Origin: a virus
Taxonomy: Duplodnaviria > Caudoviricetes
Direction: 5' to 3' (one strand)
IMG/VR virus record: IMGVR_UViG_3300028048_000065
Location: 1 to 64,000 of that record
Length of the DNA: 64,000 nucleotides
Shown here: piece after piece, positions 1 to 10,597 of the stretch
How positions within the stretch are numbered: position 1 is the first letter of the stretch
Layout: each line of letters opens with the position of its first letter
Position numbers and translations under genes: made by a program
Notes under the pieces: generated by a model
Database searches by the model: none
Seen by the model: only the letters and a program-made list of their open reading frames with translations
What the model was told of the DNA's origin: nothing

Positions 1-100
1 GAACAAGTCCACTCAACAATCTGAGGAAGAACAATCTCAAATTTAGGATTGCCATCTTCTTTGATTTTCATTTCGATGGTAGCGTCAATATAATTCACAA

Positions 101-514
101 TTAATTTCCTTTCCTGTATAAATTTTTATCGTCCTTGGGGTCAGCAGGTACATGAAAACCATTTACTGTCATCCATACACCATCTTTCTTTTCACGCACT
201 TGGCTTAAATCCATAGCTACACAACAGGCGTGAGCAAGAACAAGGTCTGGGTCAGAAGACTTTTTAACATTATTATTAAAAGAGGTGAAGAAATCATACA
301 TGGCAAGCTGAGGAGAATCCGCCGTAGACATGAAGTCTTTAAAGGCAGACTGAATATAGCTATAAAGAATGCTCTTATTGTAATGCTCGATAGGAGTTCC
401 GCTCATATTAGAAAGATATTCTGCTGTTGCGTTGAGATAGTAATCTCCAAAACGGTCTTCGGTCTCTGTGTAACGCTTAAGGCTAATGATAAAATCGTTT
501 GTCTGCTTGTTCAT
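101..514 (-). CDS. hypothetical protein
   Basis: ORF; start reassigned to ATG 514 downstream of an AGGAGG RBS. Confidence 0.6.
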   Translation of the reverse strand: MNKQTNDFIISLKRYTETEDRFGDYYLNATAEYLSNMSGTPIEHYNKSILYSYIQSAFKDFMSTADSPQLAMYDFFTSFNNNVKKSSDPDLVLAHACCVAMDLSQVREKKDGVWMTVNGFHVPADPKDDKNLYRKGN

Positions 515-527
515 TTTAGTCCTCCTT

Positions 528-878
528 TTAGTCAAATCCCTCAAAAGGAATTTCTTTCCAGTTATTATGCTGAATAATATTTCGCATATTTTGAACCCCA
601 ACTGGATTCATGCTGTGAATACGGATAGGATAATTGCGACCAGTTTCTTCGAGCCAATCAAGGAGTTTGATGTAGTCTCCACCAAATCTAACATAATCTC
701 CTGCATCGTGGTCAATGTCGATAATTTCGATATTATTACCGCTATAAGGACGAAGTTCCTCACGAACTTTCGCAAGATGTTCTTCCAGAAATTCAATACA
801 TTCTTTTGCTTCATCAACACTTTTTAACCAGACATACATATTTGGTGCTGGCCTCACATCATCAACCCAAAGTTTCAT
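528..878 (-). CDS. cyclic-phosphate processing receiver-domain protein (RNA-repair associated)
   Basis: KLWVDDVRPAP, IDIDHDAG and IHSMNPVG motifs typical of this family. Confidence 0.8.
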   Translation of the reverse strand: MKLWVDDVRPAPNMYVWLKSVDEAKECIEFLEEHLAKVREELRPYSGNNIEIIDIDHDAGDYVRFGGDYIKLLDWLEETGRNYPIRIHSMNPVGVQNMRNIIQHNNWKEIPFEGFD

Positions 879-1516
879 TAAAATTCACCCTTTCTAAGTT
901 CAGCTTCGATTGAGTGAAGACAAGCTTTTTTGTTTGCGTTAGAGTCTTCCCAAAACTTGATTGCCGAATCTTCAATGTAGTAATAAAGTTCGTCCCAAGC
1001 AGAATAATTTTTTCCGCTAAGCTCTGGTAGATTTTTATAAATAATAGTAACAGCTAAAATAGGTTTAAACCCATATTTGTCGCACCAAGTTTTAAAGTCT
1101 GAATTGTAGCAACGATATTCTTCGCCATTGTGCTTAAAATCTTTTAAAAGCTGTCCGAGTCTATCAATAGGAACTAAATCATCTGTGCTTGTATATTCAA
1201 GATAAATTCCGCTAATATCATAGCAAATAGAGGTGGAATAGCTTTGCCAAACGATATGCCCATAATTACGCACCCAAACAACATGACCGACATTAGGAAA
1301 TGCAAAGTTTAGAATCTGTGCGAAATAGTAGCAATAACCATTTTCAAACACATTGTAAAGAGAATCTTCTTCGGAATCTTCTGTTGCCTTATCGTGCATA
1401 CCGCCAATAAAAGAGAGAACCTTTTCTACTTCTTCCTGTTCTCCCTCTTTCCAACCACCAGAATTAGTAGCGAGTCGATTGGCATATTTTAAAGCATCGG
1501 AATACCAATTATTCAT
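878..1516 (-). CDS. hypothetical protein
   Basis: ORF coupled to the downstream gene. Confidence 0.6.
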   Translation of the reverse strand: MNNWYSDALKYANRLATNSGGWKEGEQEEVEKVLSFIGGMHDKATEDSEEDSLYNVFENGYCYYFAQILNFAFPNVGHVVWVRNYGHIVWQSYSTSICYDISGIYLEYTSTDDLVPIDRLGQLLKDFKHNGEEYRCYNSDFKTWCDKYGFKPILAVTIIYKNLPELSGKNYSAWDELYYYIEDSAIKFWEDSNANKKACLHSIEAELRKGEF

Positions 1517-1727
1517 TTTAATTCTCCTTTACAGCAATCTTCTTTTCATACCTAAGAGCAATCACCCAAGTGAGGATGCAAGCTACACAGTAACCGATAA
1601 AGGTAGAATTAAATCCGTTCTTAAAAAGAAAAGATACTGTGACAATCAAAGCGAAAACTCGAAGCATCAACCATCCAAATCTCATATCAAGCTTCATAAA
1701 AGTAACCTCCTTAGATTTTCTATGATA

Positions 1728-1756
1728 ATAATATCACAAACAAAAGAGGTTGTCAA
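1728..1756 (-). promoter_or_regulatory. sigmaA/sigma70-type promoter
   Basis: TTGACA-17nt-TATTAT with extended TG. Confidence 0.7.
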
Positions 1757-1782
1757 TAGAGTTTTATAAAAAAGTTTGTAAA

Positions 1783-2304
1783 TTACCAAGAAATTGTAAT
1801 GGAATTGGTGTAACTCGGACGGATTTTGACGTTAAAATGCTCACTTTTTAAATATCGAATCAAGCCGTCAATGTAAGTCACAAGAGCATCAGTATCAGAG
1901 AAATGAGTAAGTTCATCAGGTGAAAATTGATAATCAATTTCTCGAAAAAGAACTGTGTGTCCAGAAGGTGTAATAGCTTCTCCATAACTATTATAAATTG
2001 TTTTTGTTGGAAGAATAACATTTTTTTCTGTTAAATAGTTAATAATTACACCAGATTCTCCATTTTTGGCTACATCATGGATTGTTTTTAAAACAAAGCA
2101 ATAAAATTTAGACTGCTTCCATTTTTCAATATTAGCCTCATAGAAATATTTGTTGTAATCTCTTTTAGCTCGAATAGCATCAAGAGTAATTTTTTGAGTT
2201 TTGTTAGCCAAAGAATTTCCCATGGCTTTATTTTTATCTTCAAAATAATTATAAAGACAAATTGGAATGGCTATATAAGCTAAAATAACAAGAATTGGTA
2301 GCAT
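1783..2304 (-). CDS. hypothetical membrane-anchored protein
   Basis: N-terminal hydrophobic helix. Confidence 0.55.
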   Translation of the reverse strand: MLPILVILAYIAIPICLYNYFEDKNKAMGNSLANKTQKITLDAIRAKRDYNKYFYEANIEKWKQSKFYCFVLKTIHDVAKNGESGVIINYLTEKNVILPTKTIYNSYGEAITPSGHTVLFREIDYQFSPDELTHFSDTDALVTYIDGLIRYLKSEHFNVKIRPSYTNSITISW

Positions 2305-2659
2305 TTAATCAACACTCCTTTTCCATTCCTCTAAATCAACATCTCTAAATCTTTCGTTTAGCTTGGAAAAATAATTAAAATCGTCACACAAAGGATATGT
2401 TGCGTAATAGCCGATATTATGCAGCCACCATTCCACATACATAGAAAAATAAGAACGGTTTAGAATTTCTTCTGGATTGTCACTTTTGAAACAGCGTTGT
2501 GCTTCTTTATCAATGAAATACCTCATTTCTGAGGGCTTCCAAATATCGTAGCTAAATGGAATATGAATAATGTTGTCCATGTCTTTGTTCCTCTAATTCA
2601 TATAACCATAAAAAAGAGATGCAAAAAAGAAAATACTCACAAGAGCCAGAGCAATTTTC

Positions 2660-3010
2660 TTAATTAAATTCCTCATCATTTTCCTCCCAAGTCATCTCAA
2701 ACAAGTCTCCAAAAGTATATCCCATTTCCTTGAAAGGACGAATATAAGCCTTTTGTGTTTCTGTTAGCCTAACATGATTAAAATAAGCGTAATAAATCCT
2801 ATATTCATGGTCAAGCATAGAATATGTTAGATGTAACCACCCATGAGCAAGCAAAACATCATCAGGCGCATTTCCTCTTGCATTAGCATAAGAATAACCA
2901 AGCTTATCACAAATTTCGCTGGCAGAAGAAATATGGTCAAAGGTATGACATTCTACTAATTCACCATCAGGAGAAAGCCAACCTAATTTAAATTCTTTTG
3001 GTTTGTTCAT
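2660..3010 (-). CDS. hypothetical protein (GWLSPDG family; paralog of 3421-3756)
   Basis: shared GWL(S/A)P(D/N)G, GWL and TE(T/S)QK motifs. Confidence 0.6.
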   Translation of the reverse strand: MNKPKEFKLGWLSPDGELVECHTFDHISSASEICDKLGYSYANARGNAPDDVLLAHGWLHLTYSMLDHEYRIYYAYFNHVRLTETQKAYIRPFKEMGYTFGDLFEMTWEENDEEFN

Positions 3011-3431
3011 AAATATAATCTCCTACAAGAGTGTTAAAGTAATTTGCAATGTCAGCGGGAGAAGAGTTTGGTTTAAGCTCAAGAAATCCACCAAGAGCAT
3101 TTTGATATTCCTGTTCTTTTATAAAAAGATAAGAAATTCTATCAATTTCTCCAAGCGTATCTTCTTTTGGATAGATTTCAAATTCAAAATAAAAGTCACA
3201 TTCGTCAGGATTAGCCCTGTTATATAGATTGATTTTAAATTGAATAGAATTATCATAAGTGGGGAAAGATTCCCAAGGATATTTTGTACCCAAATGTACT
3301 GCAATAGCTGCACAAAAATTTACGAATTCAAAATTAAAGGGAAATGTATCTTCTCCTCCCCACCCTTCCGAAAGAGTTAGAAAGTCTAAAACTTTTCTTT
3401 GTAGATATGAATTATATTTCTTAGAGCTCAT
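2988..3431 (-). CDS. hypothetical protein
   Basis: ORF. Confidence 0.5.
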   Translation of the reverse strand: MSSKKYNSYLQRKVLDFLTLSEGWGGEDTFPFNFEFVNFCAAIAVHLGTKYPWESFPTYDNSIQFKINLYNRANPDECDFYFEFEIYPKEDTLGEIDRISYLFIKEQEYQNALGGFLELKPNSSPADIANYFNTLVGDYIYEQTKRI

Positions 3432-3756
3432 TTTCTTCCTCCCAAATGGCATAGAGATAGGCAAAAAACTCATAATGCTCCCTATCCTCGAAATAAGGAC
3501 GAAGAAAATTCTTTTGGCTTTCTGTAAAATGAGTGTCTTCTCTCATTCCAATATTAATGATTGGTCCACCATTGAGCGTGACACAACTAATTCTAAGCCA
3601 ACCTCTTTTAATGAGTTCTTCATCAGGCAAGAAAAATTCTTCCAAACCCAACATTGAACAGAGTTGTTCACTCATTTCATCCTGTCCTCTCCAAAACACA
3701 GGAGTAAAATCCCCATTAGGAGCAAGCCAACCAGACAGTTCTCTCTTATCGGACAT
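3421..3756 (-). CDS. hypothetical protein (GWLAPNG family; paralog of 2660-3010)
   Basis: shared motifs; GGAGG RBS. Confidence 0.6.
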   Translation of the reverse strand: MSDKRELSGWLAPNGDFTPVFWRGQDEMSEQLCSMLGLEEFFLPDEELIKRGWLRISCVTLNGGPIINIGMREDTHFTESQKNFLRPYFEDREHYEFFAYLYAIWEEENEL

Positions 3757-4001
3757 TAAGACTACCTCCGTTTAAAAGTTTAGGATTCTTTAAAGGGCAA
3801 TTCTTTTTAGAGCAAACAGGAAAATGCAAATTCATTTTTCCGTTAGGATACTTCGCTTCTGAATATGCCAAACAATGAAGCTCCCCATCGGGGAAAGGGT
3901 CGGCGTAAATACAAATGTTATTAGGAGCGGTCATAAACAAAACCTCTATTCTTTGGTTTGAGATTATCTTACCATAAAAATAGAGGTTTGTCAAGAGTTT
4001 A

Positions 4002-4421
4002 TTAATTATATTTCTCTATCCATTTCCAGCCATAAGTAAATATACCAAGAGTTTCATCATGTATGGGGAAGTAAACTTCTTGCACGGTATATGTGGTAGG
4101 AACAATAGCCCCTATACATTTAACTTTAACTGGGCGAGTAATCCATTTTTCGCTTGTCTCACTTACATCAACAACTTCTGTTGGCGTTGGACTGTAAGCT
4201 TTGTGTTGATTTACAGGAACATACACATAATATTGCCCATTACAATCTGATAAAGCAATTAAACATCTTTTAATTGAAGTAGAAAAACATACTCTTTTTT
4301 GTTTTTTATCTTCGTAACCCCAAACCGCCGCTTCTGGAATACGAGGAGTAAGAACTGTTAAATTGGGAATGGGAGACAAATGGAACAAATTGTGATAGAA
4401 TCTTCTTCGATTTTTAGTCAT
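4002..4421 (-). CDS. hypothetical phage protein
   Basis: ORF with HLS, LTPRIP and RVCFS motifs. Confidence 0.55.
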   Translation of the reverse strand: MTKNRRRFYHNLFHLSPIPNLTVLTPRIPEAAVWGYEDKKQKRVCFSTSIKRCLIALSDCNGQYYVYVPVNQHKAYSPTPTEVVDVSETSEKWITRPVKVKCIGAIVPTTYTVQEVYFPIHDETLGIFTYGWKWIEKYN

Positions 4422-4779
4422 TTTGAGAATTATTTTCTGTTAGTTTAACTTCATATAGACCATTTGGAAGTTCACGAATGTAATAAAAGTTGTTTTTTAT
4501 TTCATTATAACTCGCTGTATCATCAATGGAAATTGTATAAATAGTTTCTGGTGGGGCTTTCCAGTCTTTATAAGCTAAAAATGCTATAAATATTGACATC
4601 ATACACAATAAAGAACAAATAACAGCAGCAAGATATTCCTTATCAGAAATACCTGCGCACACAAGAACAAAAAGGCCTAAAGAAAGAAACGAAAAAATAA
4701 AAAGAAGCGATAGAGCAAAAACGTGATTGGATATTTCTGTGCCTAAAATAGTTACGCCCTGAATAGCAAAATCGTTCAT
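4414..4779 (-). CDS. hypothetical membrane protein (similar to 5527-5904)
   Basis: two TM helices followed by a Y-x-I-x-I-D-D-x-A-x-Y segment. Confidence 0.55.
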   Translation of the reverse strand: MNDFAIQGVTILGTEISNHVFALSLLFIFSFLSLGLFVLVCAGISDKEYLAAVICSLLCMMSIFIAFLAYKDWKAPPETIYTISIDDTASYNEIKNNFYYIRELPNGLYEVKLTENNSQND

Positions 4780-5525
4780 TAATCCAAATCTCCCCTTTTA
4801 ACTTCCATGTAAGACCAATTGTTAGGATTATTATCAATATCTCGCATAACCTTTGCGATAGTCTTGGTCATGCGTCTACGATAAGTGCTCCAAAATTCAC
4901 GCGAGAAAGATTTATGCTTTACACTTGGACTACAACGGAATGAATAGAATTTGTTGATTGTATTAAGACCTTCGAAACGCAAATAGACAGCAGCATCGTT
5001 TACAGCAAAAGAGACTTCCATCTTTACGCCATAATATTCAAGACAGAAATTGGTAGGAGACCTATCCAAACTCGCATTTTTAGCCCAATTGCAAAACATT
5101 CGAGAAAGATTTGCCAGCGACTTAATGTCTTTTTTTGCCGCATCAGTAAGAATATGTCTTAGTTTAGGAGTAGAATTGCGTTTAGGAGTATGGCCAAATT
5201 CATTGACGTTGTGGATAATAGTGGGGATTTGTGGGGAAGTAGACCATGGATTGTTGGTTGTATCTGTTAGGTGCTTATCAGTTTCGAGATTATTGGTAAT
5301 ATCATCAGAATGAGAGTCCATCGTCTCAAGATAAGAATTAACAGCCTTAAAAATTTTATATTCAAATTTAGCGAAGATTTGTCCTCCAATGGCCTGTTTG
5401 TCTTGACGTGAAATATTATGGTAACAATTTACAGCATCAATCAAATATTGACGCAAATCTATCAAATCACCACACGTTAGATTTGCAGGAATTTTTCGAA
5501 TGTTTTCATATAGATAATTTGTCAT
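4779..5525 (-). CDS. hypothetical protein
   Basis: ORF, coupled to neighbours. Confidence 0.55.
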   Translation of the reverse strand: MTNYLYENIRKIPANLTCGDLIDLRQYLIDAVNCYHNISRQDKQAIGGQIFAKFEYKIFKAVNSYLETMDSHSDDITNNLETDKHLTDTTNNPWSTSPQIPTIIHNVNEFGHTPKRNSTPKLRHILTDAAKKDIKSLANLSRMFCNWAKNASLDRSPTNFCLEYYGVKMEVSFAVNDAAVYLRFEGLNTINKFYSFRCSPSVKHKSFSREFWSTYRRRMTKTIAKVMRDIDNNPNNWSYMEVKRGDLD

Positions 5526-5526
5526 T

Positions 5527-5904
5527 TTAATTCTCCTTTAGAACAATAGTTGTGAGATTATCTTGCTCGGATTCAATAGTATAATTTTGGATAAGCGTTT
5601 TGTAATCTGCATTATCTTCAATGTACACTACATAAGAAATAGGTTCAGGGATAAAATTTTCTCGGTTTTTCTTATCGCCGTGGTAAATAGCTAAAAATGA
5701 AATCATACAGCATACAAAAATCGCGATTAAATATAGCGTTAAACACTTTTCTTTAAAACTAAACCAGAAGAAAGTTGCTATTAACGCAACACAAAAGCTT
5801 AATGCCAATAAAGCATACTCAAGGACACCAACAATAATTGGTGTGTTATATGCGGTGTAATTCGTGGTCAGCCAAATCACTCCATCGACACTTACAGGCA
5901 ACAT
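5527..5904 (-). CDS. hypothetical membrane protein
   Basis: two TM helices; resembles 4414-4779. Confidence 0.55.
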   Translation of the reverse strand: MLPVSVDGVIWLTTNYTAYNTPIIVGVLEYALLALSFCVALIATFFWFSFKEKCLTLYLIAIFVCCMISFLAIYHGDKKNRENFIPEPISYVVYIEDNADYKTLIQNYTIESEQDNLTTIVLKEN

Positions 5905-5937
5905 AATAAAAATCTCCTTTTATTTTTTTGGTTTGTT

Positions 5938-6498
5938 TTAGTTCTTATTTGCGTTAAAAGCTTGATGAATCTGCTCTGCATAGTGGAAGCTTGGCTCTCT
6001 AAATCCAATCAGTGTATTGGTTTGAATAAATCTGTCTTGGAGCTTAAGCGTTTGGAATTTATCCAAGCCAGTAATTTTATTGTTTTCCCAATCCCATTTG
6101 TGGACTTCAAAATCCTCTTCGCAAGTATCATCTACAATAAGAAAGTTAATGTTTTCTTCGTGATGAATATCAAGCCACGCTTGAATCTCATCTCCTCGTG
6201 TAGCTCCATAGTATCTTGAATAATCTGGGGTCTTTCCAAGAATTTTAATTCCCTGTCTAAGTCCGCCATTGATGAGACATTCCTTGTAATTGTCTTCCCA
6301 TCTCCAAGAAGATGAAACTACAATATGATAATTATACTTTTGACAAAACTCAGAAATCCATTGAACACATTGGAAATCATTTACCTTGTTATCACGGGGG
6401 AAGTTATAAGTACAAAGCATTCTGGAAGGGTCTGCTGGATGAGGACGCCATTGAGGAGTGTTTACTACTCCATCATAATCGAGAAAAAGAATATTTAT
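5938..6498 (-). CDS. HAD-family phosphatase (Swiss-Army-Knife RNA-repair-like HAD), probable ATA start
   Basis: frame extends upstream of the annotated ATG to INILFLDYDGVVN (HAD motif I); VVSSSWR and LIVDD motifs; GGAGG 7 nt before ATA 6498. Confidence 0.8.
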   Translation of the reverse strand: MNILFLDYDGVVNTPQWRPHPADPSRMLCTYNFPRDNKVNDFQCVQWISEFCQKYNYHIVVSSSWRWEDNYKECLINGGLRQGIKILGKTPDYSRYYGATRGDEIQAWLDIHHEENINFLIVDDTCEEDFEVHKWDWENNKITGLDKFQTLKLQDRFIQTNTLIGFREPSFHYAEQIHQAFNANKN

Positions 6499-6580
6499 AA
6501 AATAACCTCCCTTGATGGTTTACTACCGTTAGTATAACACGGTTTTACGCACCTGTCAAGGGAGATTAAAAAATTATTTA

Positions 6581-6877
6581 TTAACTTTTGTAAGAAATTT
6601 TTCTGTATTCTACTCCACAATATTCACATTTGCGGCGAGAAGAATTAACTGGTGCTCCACAAGAAGGACAATGAGTAGGATATTCCAATTTGTCTGTCAT
6701 AGGAGAATAATCGTAATCCAAAGAACTTGGTATGTCACCAATTTCAACTGCTCCATTTTCTGTCCAAACCATCATTGAGTTTCCTATTCCACCACTACGC
6801 CAAATATCTCCGATATGAGGGTTTTCAGAAGGGTCTTTACCTACAAAAAAGAAAGAATTTAATTTTGCTGATTCCAT
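6581..6877 (-). CDS. zinc-ribbon protein
   Basis: CPSCG and CEYCG. Confidence 0.6.
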   Translation of the reverse strand: MESAKLNSFFFVGKDPSENPHIGDIWRSGGIGNSMMVWTENGAVEIGDIPSSLDYDYSPMTDKLEYPTHCPSCGAPVNSSRRKCEYCGVEYRKISYKS

Positions 6878-7122
6878 TTTAGAATAGCTCCATTTATAGA
6901 ATCCTCAGAAATCATTTTATTGGGGAATTTGTGCAAGTGGTTCTTGCATTTATTATTCTGACATTGAACGGTGTAAAAAACAGGGACTTCAATTCTTTCA
7001 ATCTGCATTTTAAAAATCTTTGACTTTGAATTGCTTTGAACCTGTTTTAAAATTGCTCGTGTCACCAATGGAGACACTTTTGGAGTCTTACCGCAATATT
7101 TACAGGGCTGTAAGTTTAACAT
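6859..7122 (-). CDS. small Zn-binding (Lar-like) protein
   Basis: LQPCKYCG, second Cys pair, AILKWN. Confidence 0.5.
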   Translation of the reverse strand: MLNLQPCKYCGKTPKVSPLVTRAILKQVQSNSKSKIFKMQIERIEVPVFYTVQCQNNKCKNHLHKFPNKMISEDSINGAILKWNQQN

Positions 7123-7879
7123 CGGAAGAAGCCTCTTTATTAATCAAATTTGGAGCAATGCCAACTTTATTGCAAGCTTCGATATAAGAAAGCTCCTTAT
7201 CACATTGTGCTGCGGGAGAGGCTTGCTCAAAGGTTTCATATAAATCTTGTTCAGCAAAAGAATAAGAAGATGTTTGTGTTGCAGACTTAACAAAATATCG
7301 CGTCGAGGTTTCATTTTCGCCAATAACGTACTCAATTTTGAGAACTTTTCCCTTTTCAACGTAATAGTTGTAATAACGATATTCCCTAAAATGCTTCGCC
7401 TTATTATAAAGGTAGCTTTCAGTAGAATTTCTACAGTCTGGACAAATGTATGTTACAGGGTCTGTAATGTCAGCAGGAAGATTATTAGTTTTAACATCAA
7501 GTGTGATACATCCCTTTCCCCCACAACGAGGACAGAAAACCTTTTTTTCTGAATTATAAGCAACTCTTGAAAAATATACAGTATCTCCGATATTAAACTT
7601 AAAAGAGGGGTGTTCCGTTTTCTTTTTAGCTAATTCTTTATTGAGAGTTTCAATTAGCCCATCTTTAGCTAAAAGGTCACTGTTTTTATTTGTTAGTTCT
7701 CTACGCAAGCTGTCATAACTTGCTTTAAGGTCTTGATAAGCGTCAGATTCTTTCGCAATCTTGTCTTTATATTCCTCTTTAATTGCTCCAACTAAATGCT
7801 CAATAAGAGTATCAGTTTCAGCATCAATTTCAGGAAACTTTGCTTCATCAAAATACTCAGGCGGGTCCCAATATCCCAT
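7100..7879 (-). CDS. coiled-coil / DnaJ-type Zn-finger hypothetical protein
   Basis: CPRCGGKG and CPDC. Confidence 0.55.
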   Translation of the reverse strand: MGYWDPPEYFDEAKFPEIDAETDTLIEHLVGAIKEEYKDKIAKESDAYQDLKASYDSLRRELTNKNSDLLAKDGLIETLNKELAKKKTEHPSFKFNIGDTVYFSRVAYNSEKKVFCPRCGGKGCITLDVKTNNLPADITDPVTYICPDCRNSTESYLYNKAKHFREYRYYNYYVEKGKVLKIEYVIGENETSTRYFVKSATQTSSYSFAEQDLYETFEQASPAAQCDKELSYIEACNKVGIAPNLINKEASSDVKLTAL

Positions 7880-8030
7880 AATATACTCCTTTCTTAATAA
7901 CGAAATTCGTCAGCGAGGTCTTCAAGAATATCACACATATCTTTGCGTGTAAATTCAGAATCTTCCAGAAGTCCGTTAAGCATTGCACTAAGAAGTGCTT
8001 TCATCTGGTCATTAGTCATAAGAACCATAA

Positions 8031-8657
8031 TTATTCCTCCACTTTCTTTACACCGAACAAAATTTCGCCAAAGGCGCTACGAGGCGAATATGTCTTTGTA
8101 TCAAGACCATCAACTGAATGTACGATATTCTTAAGATTCTTTTCGCTGATATGAGCGTTTTCCATTGTAGAAGTAATATCTTGAAGATTTTTATAAAGCC
8201 TACGTTCTGCCAACTTTTCTCGATAAATCTTGAAGATATGACTACGCTGTGCGGCATTAAGCGGCTTGGTTTCAATGTAGTGCTGAATATCGCTAATTTC
8301 TCTGTCCATATTAGCAATAGAAAGAGAAAGTCCAGCAGCGTCTTCCATTACTCGACCAAGATAATCAGCAGCCTTGCGGATTTCCTCTGGGGCAGAGAAA
8401 TCAAAAGCCTTAATAGGAGCAGGTTCGGCAGGATTGATAATTTTATATGCCTTACCAGACTTTGTGGTAACGCGAGTAGGCTTAAAGGTATGCTTTGAAG
8501 CAATCAGTTTTGGAATGCCACCGTTATTAAGGATGTTTAGAGCACCCTTTTCAGTAGAAAATAAGGCAGACTGAGAAATTCCTTTACAGATATTATATCC
8601 CCCGTTTGAAGCTCGACAAACATAATCGTTGGTGTTAGGGTCAAAAAGAATATACAT
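8031..8657 (-). CDS. hypothetical protein
   Basis: ORF. Confidence 0.55.
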   Translation of the reverse strand: MYILFDPNTNDYVCRASNGGYNICKGISQSALFSTEKGALNILNNGGIPKLIASKHTFKPTRVTTKSGKAYKIINPAEPAPIKAFDFSAPEEIRKAADYLGRVMEDAAGLSLSIANMDREISDIQHYIETKPLNAAQRSHIFKIYREKLAERRLYKNLQDITSTMENAHISEKNLKNIVHSVDGLDTKTYSPRSAFGEILFGVKKVEE

Positions 8658-8848
8658 TAAAAATCTTCCTCGCTTTCGTAATCTGAAAAATAATCGTTGT
8701 CAAGTTCCTCTTCATCCCAAACATCAGGAGTAGAGGGAATACCAAAATTATCTTTTGGCTCGTTAAAGCGGTTATCCATTGTCATAGCCATGAAAATGTC
8801 TGCAAAAGGAGAGCCAAATCCAAGTAAACTCATTTTATTTTCCCCCCG

Positions 8849-9808
8849 TTAGATTTTATTGTCGCGGAGAAGTTGATAACACTCCGTAGCAGTATGGTTT
8901 TCAAGTGGATAGCGATGGTTTACATCACAAGAATTACGAGCAAATACATTTTCCACAAGGTCAACATAATACGAAGCGGAAGTCTGAGTTTCACCATCAA
9001 TTCCATCACAACCAAGATAATGTTCCTGATAGAATTCATCACTCAGGAAACGCTTAGGTTCAAGTTGCTCAATGGCAAGATTGTCAAAAGAAATTGTCTT
9101 GAACCAATTATGTTCTGCGATAAACGGAAGACTTGCGTAAAGTCGATTTTTACGGAATTCAACCATGTGGTCTACATCAGCCTTATATGCTACACCACGA
9201 CGAACTTCCTTATAGCCAAGAATCAGAATCTTAAGGTCTTTACAACCAAGAGCTGAAAGCTGTGCAAGAGTTACAACGCCATTAATCACATGAATAACAG
9301 CATTAGGAAAACTTTTAACAGCCGCAATAAATCCCTCTTCGTAAGGATTAGTAAGAGAAATACCAAGACCATAAATGAGCTTCTGATTATTAAGCTCGCG
9401 CAGAAGAGAAAGATTTTCCATGAAGTGCTTCTGATTAACAGTGATATTGGAAATCAAATGAAGATTTTTCATCTTATACAGAAGCGGCACAAGGTCGGGA
9501 TATTCCAGTACATTTCCGCCACCGAGAGCGCACTCTGTCCACTCAGGAAGTGTCTCAAGGAACTTAGAGTTAAGAGCGTCAGAGTGCTTGCCATTAGGAC
9601 CAGAATTTTCATGGCAAAACTCACAGTTCTTAGGACATTCTTTTGTGCCACAAGGATTGGTACAGCGATTTGTAATCTTAATGTCAATATTTTCTGGACG
9701 GTCAGCCTGAAAGAAAGTGAGATTATTTTCACGAATCTTTGTTCCGCTAACGAGGTCTAAATGGACATTATAATTTCCATTTTTGTAAGAAACCCAATTA
9801 TTTTCCAT
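8849..9808 (-). CDS. radical SAM protein
   Basis: CxxxCxxC (CPKNCEFC), ALGGG, ISFDNLA. Confidence 0.85.
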   Translation of the reverse strand: MENNWVSYKNGNYNVHLDLVSGTKIRENNLTFFQADRPENIDIKITNRCTNPCGTKECPKNCEFCHENSGPNGKHSDALNSKFLETLPEWTECALGGGNVLEYPDLVPLLYKMKNLHLISNITVNQKHFMENLSLLRELNNQKLIYGLGISLTNPYEEGFIAAVKSFPNAVIHVINGVVTLAQLSALGCKDLKILILGYKEVRRGVAYKADVDHMVEFRKNRLYASLPFIAEHNWFKTISFDNLAIEQLEPKRFLSDEFYQEHYLGCDGIDGETQTSASYYVDLVENVFARNSCDVNHRYPLENHTATECYQLLRDNKI

Positions 9809-10048
9809 AGTTAATGCTCCTTTGGATGGTCTTCCATATACTTCTTAATGCGGTCTCCATCAAACCGATGGTCACAGCCCTTACAAACATAACTGCCGTA
9901 ATGAGAGCACCAATGCTTTTCAGAACCATCAGGATTGATAGTAGGATTCAGGGTGTCATAGGCACAATAAATACGATTTTCCTCTGTCATTTTGTTCAAC
10001 CTCCTTAAGTTGTATACTTATAATAGCATACTCATATATAAATGTCAA

Positions 10049-10080
10049 GAGGTTTAGAGAAAAAATCTCTAAACCTCTTT
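10049..10080. terminator. putative intrinsic terminator hairpin
   Basis: AGAGGTTTAGAGA / TCTCTAAACCTCT inverted repeat. Confidence 0.55.
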
Positions 10081-10096
10081 TATCATAAAGAACTAC

Positions 10097-10597
10097 TTAG
10101 CATACTACTGGAATTACATCGAATTCGTCAAGAGACCAAAACTCAATGGTATAGTCACCATCGTGACCAAAAACGGACTTAATCATAGCTAAGATAACAT
10201 CCCAGTCTCCTCCTCCAAGACCACAGCCAATCTTATAAGGAAAAGCAATTCGGTGTTCAAAACCATAATACTTAATTCCCTTTTTGAGGTTTTCGAGGCA
10301 ACAATAAAAAGCTTCATAATCAGTCATACGACCTGAACCTGTTTTATTTTGCGCAAAACAATTTGCGATAATTTGATTTTTATCTGTGCAATAATCAAGT
10401 ACCTGCCCGAGAAGATATTGAGGTTGATAATTTTTACACCATCTGGAATAAGTGAACATAATGTCAGGGTATTTTTCACGAATACACTTTGCTACTCCTG
10501 CTCCCATTACGCCTTGGCAATTAACTTGATGTGCAATGATAGGAGCATCAGAATCAAGAACATTACCTGTAATATGTTTGATAGTAAAAGAATTCAC
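10097..10597 (-). CDS. macrodomain protein (Poa1p/TARG1-like ADP-ribosylhydrolase)
   Basis: HQVNCQGVMGAGVA and FPYKIGCGLGGGDW; GTG start overlapping the upstream stop. Confidence 0.85.
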   Translation of the reverse strand: MNSFTIKHITGNVLDSDAPIIAHQVNCQGVMGAGVAKCIREKYPDIMFTYSRWCKNYQPQYLLGQVLDYCTDKNQIIANCFAQNKTGSGRMTDYEAFYCCLENLKKGIKYYGFEHRIAFPYKIGCGLGGGDWDVILAMIKSVFGHDGDYTIEFWSLDEFDVIPVVC